A stretch of DNA of 64,000 bases from a virus (Duplodnaviria; Caudoviricetes). Positions 29,088 to 38,760 of this stretch are shown here, piece by piece. The notes below the pieces were generated by a model that searched no databases, was not told the origin of the DNA, and worked only from the letters and a program-made list of their open reading frames with translations. Location: positions 32,001-96,000 of the IMG/VR virus record IMGVR_UViG_2806311071_000002; one strand, written 5' to 3'. Every line of letters starts with the position of its first letter. Within the stretch, counting starts at the first letter, position 1. Made by a program: the position numbers and the translations under genes.

Positions 29088-30410
29088 TTAGTTTTTATTT
29101 ATTTCACCTGCAGACTTCACAAAGTATTTTTCGAGAATCGATTGAGTATTAATACAATGGAGTTCTATTTGTTTCACGTAGTTAGTAAATTCATCGTTAA
29201 ATGTTACAATTTTTGTATACATTTCCTCAAATGAATCTCTATCTTCTGAATTGAAATAACAATATATAATTTTTGGCCTTTTCACATTCCTAGAAAAAAG
29301 TGAATACATAACAGAACGTAAGATGTGATAATCGTTTTCAATATTCATACCAAATATTAAGACATTGTTGATACAATTTCTTTTAAATGTCTCTTCTATG
29401 TCCTCTGAATAGTACGATTTTATTTTATTATAATAATTATTTTTGATAGAATAATGAGCAATTAAGTTATATTGAGTTTTATATATAAAATAGTCTCCGA
29501 TTATTATGTCCGAGAAGCTGACGTATTCTTTTCCATCAATCAACCCAAGACTTTGGTTATAAACAAACTCAATTTTATTTTTTATAAACTTACCATGCGG
29601 ATGAATTATAGAATCGTTTTCTAAAAGTGTGTCCGCAATAAGGTCATAATTAAATGAAAGCAATGATGTGAATAAATTCAAAAATTTTTTAATGCCGCAC
29701 AAATTTAATTTATCTTTTTTCTCTAATTGGCTAAAATCACATGATTTCCCATTAGCATAGATAGCTATTGAAAAAAGCATTCTTATGTAGGTCGCAAAAC
29801 CATTCATTATAGTGTTTTCCAGCACGTGACTTTTTTGTGAAAGTAAAATTCGGCTTTTGTGTCCAGCAATAATTGATTCAACAAATGTGTTACTTTGTGG
29901 AAAAGAAAATGTTCCTTTGTCAAGCTCACTAATTGCGAAATAAAAATAAATTAAAATACTCCAGTTTTCAATATTAACATACTTATAACCTCTTCTATTT
30001 CCAACTTCACAAATATTCTTTAGGACATCAATTTCACTAATATTAAAAGCCAATGTATGAATCATTTCTTTACTTGAAAGACTTTGAAGTACCATGTCGT
30101 TATTTATAATCTCATTTGCTAGCGCTAATCCATCTTTGAATAAATTTTCAAGGTCTATTTCTGAATAAAATTTCAAATGTCTATAAACACCTGTAAAATT
30201 GTCTTTACATTTCTCCTTAAATCTTGAGTTTACTCCTTTTATATTGTATTGACCTTTCTTCGAAATTATTTTTTTATGAGAATCATATAATCGATTATAA
30301 ATTCCGCTAAAACAATCATCAAAATTAATACTGAAACCATTACCTAATAATATTGCACTATTGCTGTTAATTATATAATCTTCTAACTGTTCCAGACATA
30401 AATTTTTCAA
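29088..30410 (-). CDS. SIR2-like / AbiH / DUF4917-type protein
   Basis: ILLGNGFSINFD, SFNYDL, IHPHG, VLIFG motifs; very AT-rich. Confidence 0.65.
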   Translation of the reverse strand: MKNLCLEQLEDYIINSNSAILLGNGFSINFDDCFSGIYNRLYDSHKKIISKKGQYNIKGVNSRFKEKCKDNFTGVYRHLKFYSEIDLENLFKDGLALANEIINNDMVLQSLSSKEMIHTLAFNISEIDVLKNICEVGNRRGYKYVNIENWSILIYFYFAISELDKGTFSFPQSNTFVESIIAGHKSRILLSQKSHVLENTIMNGFATYIRMLFSIAIYANGKSCDFSQLEKKDKLNLCGIKKFLNLFTSLLSFNYDLIADTLLENDSIIHPHGKFIKNKIEFVYNQSLGLIDGKEYVSFSDIIIGDYFIYKTQYNLIAHYSIKNNYYNKIKSYYSEDIEETFKRNCINNVLIFGMNIENDYHILRSVMYSLFSRNVKRPKIIYCYFNSEDRDSFEEMYTKIVTFNDEFTNYVKQIELHCINTQSILEKYFVKSAGEINKN

Positions 30411-30455
30411 ACGTATTCCCCTTTTATAAATAGATTGCTTTCATGAAGCATTACT

Positions 30456-30593
30456 TTAAAGTCTCTTCCATTCTACATACTCAAATCGCTGCTGATAAAG
30501 GTCTTCCAGAATTGCGGCCCATTCAACCCAGCCGTCCGCAACGATGCTTTTCTTCTCCCCATCCTCAATCCATTCAATCCAGTACACCTGCAC
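30456..30593 (-). CDS. YopG-like small protein (45 aa)
   Basis: Manual translation MQVYWIEWIEDGEKKSIVADGWVEW... Confidence 0.55.
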   Translation of the reverse strand: MQVYWIEWIEDGEKKSIVADGWVEWAAILEDLYQQRFEYVEWKRL

Positions 30594-30598
30594 ACCCC

Positions 30599-30814
30599 TT
30601 ACCTAGTGATAACTTCAATTTGTCTTATAGCAGAAATGACTTTAAATTGTGTATGCAGCTCGTTTGAGATCACTAAAGCTTCTGACATTGTAGTGAACTT
30701 AGAAGCGCCATGAAGCCCCTTAGATGTCTTATAACCACTTCCATCTAATTTAAATGACTTGAAGTAATCATCATTATCAAATTGAATAACAAAAAAGTTA
30801 TCGATAACCGGCAT
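30599..30814 (-). CDS. yopF: YopF-like protein
   Basis: 71 aa; synteny. Confidence 0.55.
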   Translation of the reverse strand: MPVIDNFFVIQFDNDDYFKSFKLDGSGYKTSKGLHGASKFTTMSEALVISNELHTQFKVISAIRQIEVITR

Positions 30815-30816
30815 AG

Positions 30817-31068
30817 CTAACCCCTCTTCAACAGACCAGCAATTTTTATGGCCAGTGGCAGCAATCCAATTAATATGTAAAACACCATGATATTTATTTT
30901 ATTCTTAAAGAAAAGTTCAATCATATTCTGCTCCATGCCTGGTGAAAATGAATCAATCAGTTCCTGCTTAAACTCTTCATCATAAACCTGATCAACAAAT
31001 AAGGCCTTAACTCCCGTTAGAAAGCCAACACCAAGCCAGAGTATTAAGAAATATGCTATTCCAATCAA
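30817..31068 (-). CDS. yopE: YopE-like membrane protein
   Basis: 83 aa, two TM segments. Confidence 0.6.
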   Translation of the reverse strand: MIGIAYFLILWLGVGFLTGVKALFVDQVYDEEFKQELIDSFSPGMEQNMIELFFKNKINIMVFYILIGLLPLAIKIAGLLKRG

Positions 31069-31138
31069 ATTAAAGCCCTCCTTATATACATCGTCTGGTA
31101 TTATAGTAGTGTTAAATACTTTGTGTAGGTGAAATTTA

Positions 31139-31321
31139 ATGGAAGAGAAAGATTTTGAGACTAATGGCTACGATGTAACAGTTGTGTATGATTATAAGGA
31201 GTATCCCGATGTTAAATATGGCCGCTGTGACAACTGTGATTATGCTTTGTTCAAGAGTTCAGTGAAAAGTGGTGTGTTTTTACGTGAGTGTCGTAGGTGT
31301 GGTATGAAGAAGAGCATTTAG
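31139..31321 (+). CDS. YoyH-like Zn-ribbon protein
   Basis: CDNC...CRRC. Confidence 0.6.
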   Translation: MEEKDFETNGYDVTVVYDYKEYPDVKYGRCDNCDYALFKSSVKSGVFLRECRRCGMKKSI

Positions 31322-31335
31322 TTTAATGCTCTTTT

Positions 31336-31560
31336 TTATTTCACTGGATCCATGTAGCTTACATATACTTCAATTCCGTCTTCAGTTTTATATTCCGCAA
31401 TTTTGTCTGGATCCGATTCAATCTTTTCAATAAGCCGCTTTGCACTTTTATTGCCCTTTTCACTATTTGATGCAACAATCCAAGACCAATAATTCCATTC
31501 AGAGATGCAGGACTTAATCTTTTCTGGTATCTTATGACCTCTTGTATAAACCTTGATCAT
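31336..31560 (-). CDS. Small hypothetical protein
   Basis: GGGGAG RBS. Confidence 0.5.
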   Translation of the reverse strand: MIKVYTRGHKIPEKIKSCISEWNYWSWIVASNSEKGNKSAKRLIEKIESDPDKIAEYKTEDGIEVYVSYMDPVK

Positions 31561-31666
31561 TTATTCGTCTCCCCCTATAAAATAATGCTTGTTCTTGATC
31601 CCTTTGCCTCTGCAAAAAAAGTCTGCAACGTGATAAGGTTAACCAAATTACCTTAGGAGTGTTTGC

Positions 31667-31897
31667 ATGCTAAAAGCTACAAAAATTCTCATTTCATTTA
31701 TGGCGTTGTTACTAGCCGTGTATTCTCTGTTTAATCAAAGTGGATTCCTGTTGATTTCTCTTCAGGTATTAGTTGCAGTTCTTTTTATCATAGTCGGGCT
31801 GGAATTACTTTCAAAGAAACAAAAGAGCTATGGATATATCTTCTTTGGAACATCCGCCTTTATACTTGCCGTGAATATTATTAAATTCATGATTTAA
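31667..31897 (+). CDS. Small membrane protein with 3 predicted TM segments
   Basis: Hydrophobic; AGGAG RBS. Confidence 0.6.
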   Translation: MLKATKILISFMALLLAVYSLFNQSGFLLISLQVLVAVLFIIVGLELLSKKQKSYGYIFFGTSAFILAVNIIKFMI

Positions 31898-31987
31898 ACC
31901 TCAGATGATAGTGCCTTTATGTATCTCAATCTCTTGTTGAATACATAGTCTTCAAGCCCATTTCAATTTATAATTTTTCTTATCTCA

Positions 31988-32233
31988 TTATTTAATCCAA
32001 TGAGCTAGTGGAACGCTCAGCACCTGATATTGTTCAACTAAGTAAGCATGTTTCCTTTCCCAGGTATTTTTCTTCCATGCTTTTTGATTTGTGAATGACG
32101 AATCTATTGGCTTTGGATATTCTCCGTCCACCCAGCCATCTTCAATATGATTCAGCTTGGCTTCGTTGACTTTATCATCGTTTTTGTACCATACAGTTAT
32201 CATTTTGGCTGCCATATGTCCTCCCTCTCCCAT
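31988..32233 (-). CDS. Small hypothetical protein (probable start MAAK)
   Basis: GGAGG RBS. Confidence 0.5.
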   Translation of the reverse strand: MGEGGHMAAKMITVWYKNDDKVNEAKLNHIEDGWVDGEYPKPIDSSFTNQKAWKKNTWERKHAYLVEQYQVLSVPLAHWIK

Positions 32234-32273
32234 TAAAGTTTTATATGGATTGAAAGACTATTGAAAATAACGT

Positions 32274-32906
32274 TTAATGATTATATTCTTCAACCCCCGC
32301 AGAAGATAATACAACAGAGTAAGTTGAATTACCGATCATTATATTGTCAACTCTTTTTATTGCTTTAGAATAAAGTTTAGAAAGGTTTTGAGGGAATTGA
32401 TAATATAGTGGTTGTTTGGCTATTTCACTCCCTATAAAATTTACTGTTTCATCTGTAAGCAAGTCCTCTTGATCCGGATTGTTGGAGTGCATCTTTATGG
32501 CCGCCTCTCTTTCGACTCCAATGTAGTCATCATCTGAAGAAAAAGAGTATAATTTCGGCTGATTTTGATTTATATATCCGAGGAAAAACACCGAAATTGG
32601 AGGTATGTCAGGATAACTTGTTTCAAAAAATGTTTTTCCATTCTTAAATGCCTCTTTGAAAAAAATTAGAGGATCAATATAATTGTTTATTCCATCTATT
32701 CTCGCATAAATGTATTCAAATGCTTTTTTTGCTATATCTGCTCTTCCAGCAAAAGAAACAATGTACTTATCCTTTATAATCTTAATCTTCTTGTAGTCAT
32801 CAGAAACTACCTCAAATTCTTGACCAAAACCGTTAGATTTGGTTACTCTTTTATCAGCAGTCATAATTATGCTATTATCTGAAATTACTGTTATCACCAT
32901 CGTCAT
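32274..32906 (-). CDS. Proteasome-beta/HslV-like Ntn hydrolase
   Basis: Thr1 after Met, D17-x-R19, downstream KI, SFAG. Confidence 0.65.
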   Translation of the reverse strand: MTMVITVISDNSIIMTADKRVTKSNGFGQEFEVVSDDYKKIKIIKDKYIVSFAGRADIAKKAFEYIYARIDGINNYIDPLIFFKEAFKNGKTFFETSYPDIPPISVFFLGYINQNQPKLYSFSSDDDYIGVEREAAIKMHSNNPDQEDLLTDETVNFIGSEIAKQPLYYQFPQNLSKLYSKAIKRVDNIMIGNSTYSVVLSSAGVEEYNH

Positions 32907-33055
32907 TCATTCATCATGCCCTTTCCATAACAAACTTTATTGAGTCCTAGGAACACAATGTCCTAGATGTCTTATATCTGGTTAAAAGTACGATTTTATG
33001 TAGACCTAGAAATCTTGTAAGTATTTACTGTTCTTGTAACTTTAGTATATCATGA

Positions 33056-33283
33056 TCACTTTAAGTGATCAATATCTTTTTCATCTTTTTTGTAAATCAA
33101 CAGCTCATGCAGCTCAATGTCTAAATATGTACAGACTTTATCTAACAGGTCTCTTGGGTACCGCTCCATTTCGTCATGATACAGCTTCCTAACTGTGTTA
33201 AAACCATGGTCAATATCATTGGACAGCTTTCGAATACTGATATTCCTTTCGTCTAATATCGGCTTTAAATTTGATTTAATCAA
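33056..33283 (-). CDS. yopB: Xre HTH regulator
   Basis: [21 protein letters not shown]...; 75 aa. Confidence 0.75.
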   Translation of the reverse strand: MIKSNLKPILDERNISIRKLSNDIDHGFNTVRKLYHDEMERYPRDLLDKVCTYLDIELHELLIYKKDEKDIDHLK

Positions 33284-33376
33284 TTTTACTACCCCTCATT
33301 CATTATGTATGATCACTTTAAATTATCATCATATGCATAAAAAAGGTCAAGGATATACCTTGACTATGTATTAAGC

Positions 33377-33820
33377 TTACCAATCATCATCCGGCTCATC
33401 ATGTTCGAATCCATAAAAGCCTTTAATCCAGACGTCACCGCAGCCGGTTCCTTTTGTGATACTTAAGTAATGATTCCTGTTTGCATCACCATTCACCTTA
33501 TCCTCTGCGCTCAAGTTCAAATGATTTCCCGTGAAATTCTTTTCACTTAGAGTAAAATCATAACCTGCCAGTGTAATTCTTTGGAGTTTAAAATTTAATG
33601 TACAACCTTCAGCATTGTAAATGGTGAACCTGTATCCCAACTTAGTTGGCCAATACTCGAGATTGGTGTCATCAGCCATAAAAAAGCCCGTTTCATTCTC
33701 AGTCATTTTAAAGCTGACCTTATGTTCATCTTTTGTAATCTTAGCCGAAACAACTCCACTGCTCAAACACCAAGTTAAAGACACAGCAGCAATACTCAAA
33801 CCTAACTTTTTCATATTCAT
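33377..33820 (-). CDS. Secreted protein
   Basis: Sec signal peptide MKKLGLSIAAV...VSA. Confidence 0.7.
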   Translation of the reverse strand: MNMKKLGLSIAAVSLTWCLSSGVVSAKITKDEHKVSFKMTENETGFFMADDTNLEYWPTKLGYRFTIYNAEGCTLNFKLQRITLAGYDFTLSEKNFTGNHLNLSAEDKVNGDANRNHYLSITKGTGCGDVWIKGFYGFEHDEPDDDW

Positions 33821-33894
33821 CCCCCTTCTTCCAAATTATACAGCATTTGTTGTGGAAGAGAGAGAACTGATGATATAAAATTATATTATTTCAT

Positions 33895-34623
33895 CTACAT
33901 TTTTCTTAGTTTTTTATGTTCCTCTTTGATTGCATTAAAAAGATAAATAGAAAGAGGAGAATCCCAGCCAAACCCTTGTGTTTTAAATAACTTATTTATG
34001 TAGTTCCTTCTTTTCTTTATATTTGTAAGATCTAAAAATTCATCAGTATCTTTATCTTTTATCCTGTCAATAATTAAATTTACGATTTTTTCAAAATCGT
34101 CGTTGTGATATATTGGTTTATCAATTATATTCCCATAAACCCTGTTGTAGCCTTTCGGAAAAGCTTCATAAGCCCTTATAGCAATATCCTCTAATTCATT
34201 TAATGTGGAATAAGAGCTAGAATATAGAGATATCAAATCAATTGTAAATTTGTTTCCCGATATATAGTCTTTATAAATATATTCGTTACCCTCATTGTTG
34301 AAATGCTTGAAAACTCTGTTATATATCTTAACAGCCTGACCAATGTAATATTTGTCATATGTGTGATTCCTAATAATATATATTCCTGAAAAATTCTTAA
34401 TACCTAATTGATCTCTTATAGACTTTTTGCTATACTCAAGAATTTCTTCGGGAGAATATGTAGGCAACTTCTTTCTTAGCTTATCAAGGTATTCTTTTGA
34501 TTCCCTTTTATCTTTATTTCGTTTAAGTTCGGCATCCTTTCTGTAGTGATAAGATGGAGCAAATTGTGGCACATAGCTATCTACAACACTTCGTATCCAA
34601 TTGAGTTCTTCTTTTGTAAACAT
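33895..34623 (-). CDS. GIY-YIG nuclease
   Basis: SGIYII...YYIGQA...R...H, LE, GYN. Confidence 0.85.
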   Translation of the reverse strand: MFTKEELNWIRSVVDSYVPQFAPSYHYRKDAELKRNKDKRESKEYLDKLRKKLPTYSPEEILEYSKKSIRDQLGIKNFSGIYIIRNHTYDKYYIGQAVKIYNRVFKHFNNEGNEYIYKDYISGNKFTIDLISLYSSSYSTLNELEDIAIRAYEAFPKGYNRVYGNIIDKPIYHNDDFEKIVNLIIDRIKDKDTDEFLDLTNIKKRRNYINKLFKTQGFGWDSPLSIYLFNAIKEEHKKLRKM

Positions 34624-35284
34624 TAAACAACCCCTATTCTTCGAATTGATGTTTGCATGAAATGGTGTTTTTATTTTAATATAATTTAGAAGATTAGTGT
34701 TTTATCCAACAACTTTGATATTTTCGCTTTCACAAGATGGGCAGTCATCATCAAAGTCATCACCGATCCATTTATACCCACACTCTTCACACTCGATGAG
34801 TAACTTATCCACTGTTTATCTCCCCTTTTTAAAGGATATTGCATGCAGTTTTATTTCAACCTATTTTTATTTCTTGTAAATAATTTATTAATCAATATAT
34901 CCGAGAGGTAGAGGGTCTTGGAAAAGAGATTGGTGAACTGCGATTACCTCTGAGTCACCATTTTCTTTTGATTTATCTACGATTTCAAGCATGATACTAT
35001 CTAATGCACCTTTTGTTTTCTTGACTTCAATTTCCATATTTGTACTCCTCTCATTATTGATAATCTTTTTAATAAGTTGTTTTATTTAATCTCAGCTTCA
35101 ATTTGCACATATTCGCCTAATGGTTCAACACATCGTACTTGATACATGCAGTCGTCATAAGTATTGAGCAGTACCTGTGTTTCCTCTGTTATTTCCCCTT
35201 TGTTTATCATCTCTTGCAATGAATCAATTAATTGTTTTACCTTCATGGCTATTATATTTCCCCTCTCTTTAACTACTCAGTTGC

Positions 35285-35644
35285 CTAACTAATTAATGGC
35301 TTAATTTCTTTTACATATAAAAAAAACTGCTGTTGACCTTCAAGAATGCCAAACATTTCATGCCTACCAGTAAAGACCCATTGAGGTGACTCCCCATTTG
35401 TCTGTATCTCTACAGTAAAGCTAGTTCCTTTTGTATTAATCTCTTCATCTTCCTCAAGTTCATAATGATGTTCAATTAATTTTTTCAGAGTTTGACTGTC
35501 TTTTATTTCTTTCGAATAAAACGTTAACTCCTGATTTTCATATTCCTTTAGTTTAAAGCCATTGTCTAGTAAGAATTGAAGGATGTTTTCATTTAATTTC
35601 GTCATGCTTTTTTCTCCTCTCTTTAAAACTGCTGTTTTATCCAC
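35285..35644 (-). CDS. Hypothetical protein (probable start MTKLN)
   Basis: GAGGAG RBS. Confidence 0.55.
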   Translation of the reverse strand: MDKTAVLKRGEKSMTKLNENILQFLLDNGFKLKEYENQELTFYSKEIKDSQTLKKLIEHHYELEEDEEINTKGTSFTVEIQTNGESPQWVFTGRHEMFGILEGQQQFFLYVKEIKPLIS

Positions 35645-36299
35645 TTCTTTGATAATGTTTGTTTATATCTTTAAGTACAATAGCTTTAATTTTATTTTCA
35701 TGCTCTTTGTCTACAAAAATCCTTATCACATTATCACAGTCTATGTGTTCTAAATGCTCAAGCTCTTGCTGTGTATCAATATAAATAATATCCCCTATAC
35801 GTTTATTCCCGTATTTATCAAAGAAATATTTAACTCCCTCGTCATATTCCCTGTCCCATCTTTCCTTCCTAATTTGATCAATTGGTGAATTAGAGGTTTT
35901 ATTCGTAGAGTCAGATTGATCTTCCTCATTTATTTTAGTTGCCTTCTCCTTCATTTGAGCTTGTTCGATAATTTCTTGCGGAGTATCTTCTATAATAAGA
36001 TATTGATTAATAATATGATCTAGTGCGTTAATTATTTTATTTAGATAAACTTTTTTAAGAGGCTTCTTGAATTGATTGTAAGTCAAAGGTACTTCAATAT
36101 AACCGCGGGCAAGTGTATCGTACTCCGCAAAACTATTTGAATTTTCATCACGCTGAATTACCTTATATTCAATACAAAGACTATTTGTATTACGATAAAG
36201 GCTAGTTTGAAGCGTTGTATTGTTATCTAAATTATATAGGTCGCATGTTGTTTCCATACTTCCTCTGAATTGATTGAAATCTACTTGATATGTACTCAT
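35637..36299 (-). CDS. Hypothetical protein
   Basis: 220 aa, GGAGG RBS; bounded by palindromic motifs. Confidence 0.65.
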   Translation of the reverse strand: MSTYQVDFNQFRGSMETTCDLYNLDNNTTLQTSLYRNTNSLCIEYKVIQRDENSNSFAEYDTLARGYIEVPLTYNQFKKPLKKVYLNKIINALDHIINQYLIIEDTPQEIIEQAQMKEKATKINEEDQSDSTNKTSNSPIDQIRKERWDREYDEGVKYFFDKYGNKRIGDIIYIDTQQELEHLEHIDCDNVIRIFVDKEHENKIKAIVLKDINKHYQRSG

Positions 36300-36344
36300 C
36301 TTAATGCCTCCACACTGGTTAAAATATGCATTTCATTTAGATTA

Positions 36345-38141
36345 TTAACAAACAAGCTCCTGTTGCCTATACTCATCAAAAAACATATTACAGTGACCAA
36401 TTTGACTAAGATACAGGCTCTCCTTAGGTCTTGTTACGCCGACATAAAATAATCTCGCTTCGTCTAGAAGATCGCTTTTCCTATGTGGAAACTTACCATC
36501 TTCAACCCCAATTAAGAACACATGTTTAAATTCTAGACCCTTGCTTGCGTGAATACTCATTAATCTCACCGCATTTTCATTTTTCTTTTTACTTGGCTTG
36601 CTGCCGTATACAAAATTAATGAACTGCTCTAAGTTATTATTCTTTACAAATTTCTTCATTGTATTGAGAGATTCTTTTCTGTCAGTTATCTCATCTTCAT
36701 CGAGGTATTTCTCTTCTATGTAATCATTCATTCTGAAAGTTTTAACTACATTGTCGATCAATTCTTCCACGGCAATTCCTTTAAGCACTTGCATTTGGAG
36801 TTTATTAATCATACTTTGAAATTTCAAGACATTATCGTTTTGAGTCGGACGATCAAATCTCAAATTTAACATCGCCTCATATAGGGACATATTTGTTTGT
36901 CCGGCAAATGACTCAACATCTTTTAAATTCTTATTGCTAAAATAACGAAAAGGATCATTCCTTAGTGTGAAAATATCTCGAAAGGCTGCATCATCATGTG
37001 GATCACGAATTAATCTTAAATAAGCTACAATCCCTCTTACCTCTTTTCTCTTAAAAAAGCTCCCATTGTTAGTAATATCATATTCAATTTCACGCCTTTT
37101 TAGTTCATTCTCAACATAGCTAGAATGAGAGTTTAATCTATAAAGGACACAAACTTCTGATGGTTTTTCACCGGCTTTAAGCAATGTTTCAATTTTATCA
37201 GCTGTATTCAGACCTTCTGCTTCTCTGTCTTGATATGTTAGTGTCTGAATTTCGCCATTGTTATGAATATTAGGGATGGAGTCTGCGTAATGTTCATAGT
37301 CACCGTAGTATTCCTTGATAAAGCTGTTTGCGTTATCAACTATGTTTTTATTTGATCTATAATTTGTATCCAGGTTAATCACAGTGGCGTTTTCCCAATC
37401 CTTTTCAAACTCCATACAATACTCAGTATTGCCGCCTCTAAATGTGTAAATAGCTTGTCTATAATCAAATAAACAGAATATGTTCCCAGAGGCGCACAGC
37501 TCTTTTAAAATGAGGTTTTGTACTAAGTTAGAATCTTGATGCTCGTCTACAAGAATAAATTCATACGTATACTTATATTTATTGTTTTTTAGTACCTTGT
37601 AACACTCTAATAAATAATCATCATAATCGAACAGTCCATTCTTGGTTTTAAAAGCTTCATACTCCTTATAGAAGAGTCGTAATTGCTCCTCAGTATATTT
37701 ACTCTCTTTAATTAAAAACTCGTCTGTGCACCCCCTTAAAAAGTTCTTTTGGTAGCTGATGAAACCCGTTATGTCTTTAATGTCTGGTTTCTCTTCAAGT
37801 GATTTAAAACAGTTTTCTCGCTGCCATTCTTTAATCGTATTTTTATCGTTAATTTCAATTCCCTCTTTGAGAAGAATGTTGCGGCATACTGAATGAAATG
37901 TACCTACATTCACACTGGTTAATTTCTGCTTATGTAATTTCTTCTTAAGATCATTTGCAGTATTACGTGTGAAACTGATAGCTAAAATATCTTCTTGATC
38001 TTCACTGTAATCCCTTACTAATGTTTTAACACGGTTAAGGAGAACGGTGCTTTTACCGCTCCCTGCCCCTGCAATGACTGCGCAAGCTCCTTTATAAAAA
38101 TTAATCGCTTCTAGTTGTTGTTTATTAAACTTAACAGTCAT
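36345..38141 (-). CDS. UvrD/PcrA-like SF1 helicase
   Basis: AGAGSGKS, GTFHS, VDEHQD, QAIYTFRG, NYRS, SIHASKGLEF, YVGVTR. Confidence 0.92.
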   Translation of the reverse strand: MTVKFNKQQLEAINFYKGACAVIAGAGSGKSTVLLNRVKTLVRDYSEDQEDILAISFTRNTANDLKKKLHKQKLTSVNVGTFHSVCRNILLKEGIEINDKNTIKEWQRENCFKSLEEKPDIKDITGFISYQKNFLRGCTDEFLIKESKYTEEQLRLFYKEYEAFKTKNGLFDYDDYLLECYKVLKNNKYKYTYEFILVDEHQDSNLVQNLILKELCASGNIFCLFDYRQAIYTFRGGNTEYCMEFEKDWENATVINLDTNYRSNKNIVDNANSFIKEYYGDYEHYADSIPNIHNNGEIQTLTYQDREAEGLNTADKIETLLKAGEKPSEVCVLYRLNSHSSYVENELKRREIEYDITNNGSFFKRKEVRGIVAYLRLIRDPHDDAAFRDIFTLRNDPFRYFSNKNLKDVESFAGQTNMSLYEAMLNLRFDRPTQNDNVLKFQSMINKLQMQVLKGIAVEELIDNVVKTFRMNDYIEEKYLDEDEITDRKESLNTMKKFVKNNNLEQFINFVYGSKPSKKKNENAVRLMSIHASKGLEFKHVFLIGVEDGKFPHRKSDLLDEARLFYVGVTRPKESLYLSQIGHCNMFFDEYRQQELVC

Positions 38142-38142
38142 T

Positions 38143-38760
38143 CTAAATAATGCCCCCTTTTGTTCCCTCTTCTGTTTTTTCTAGATATGTATATAAAGCA
38201 TTGATCTTTTCTTTTTCAAGTGTTTCATCTTCAAGCATGAGTATGTATTCGTTGATCTTTTTGTCAATGTACTTTCTGCTGGGCGCCCATCGCTTAACAA
38301 TTTTCAATGCAGCTTCAAAGTCATTAATGTTAATACTTGAAGTATTAGGCACATTTAGAGCCTCAGACACCTTTCGATAGCACTGCATCAATAACCCTCT
38401 ATAAAATAAAATATGCTCTGGACTGCCAATCGGCTTTACATAATCAAACACTCTACTTTTAGCAGCATTTTTAAACTCCAGAAATTTTCCTGATTTATCA
38501 TGTTGGAAAGTAAAGAATGTTTCATCATATTCTTTAAATTTGCCTTCCATCTTTGAAATTTCTTCTGCATTTTCACTTTCTTTTAAAGACAACTGCTCAA
38601 CTTGCAGCTCCAGCTCTTTTTGTTTATCAGCCATTTTTATAAAATCTTCACTTAATCTATTCACTTTTAAACTTAATACCTTGTCCATGAGCATATCAAT
38701 TTCTCCGTTTGACATTTTGTTCAATTCCAATTCATTAATCGCCATATTAAACCACCTCAA
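38143..38760 (-). CDS. Coiled-coil plus ORF6C-like domain protein
   Basis: C-terminal ALNVPNTSSININDFEAALKIVKRW resembles ORF6C. Confidence 0.55.
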   Translation of the reverse strand: MRWFNMAINELELNKMSNGEIDMLMDKVLSLKVNRLSEDFIKMADKQKELELQVEQLSLKESENAEEISKMEGKFKEYDETFFTFQHDKSGKFLEFKNAAKSRVFDYVKPIGSPEHILFYRGLLMQCYRKVSEALNVPNTSSININDFEAALKIVKRWAPSRKYIDKKINEYILMLEDETLEKEKINALYTYLEKTEEGTKGGII

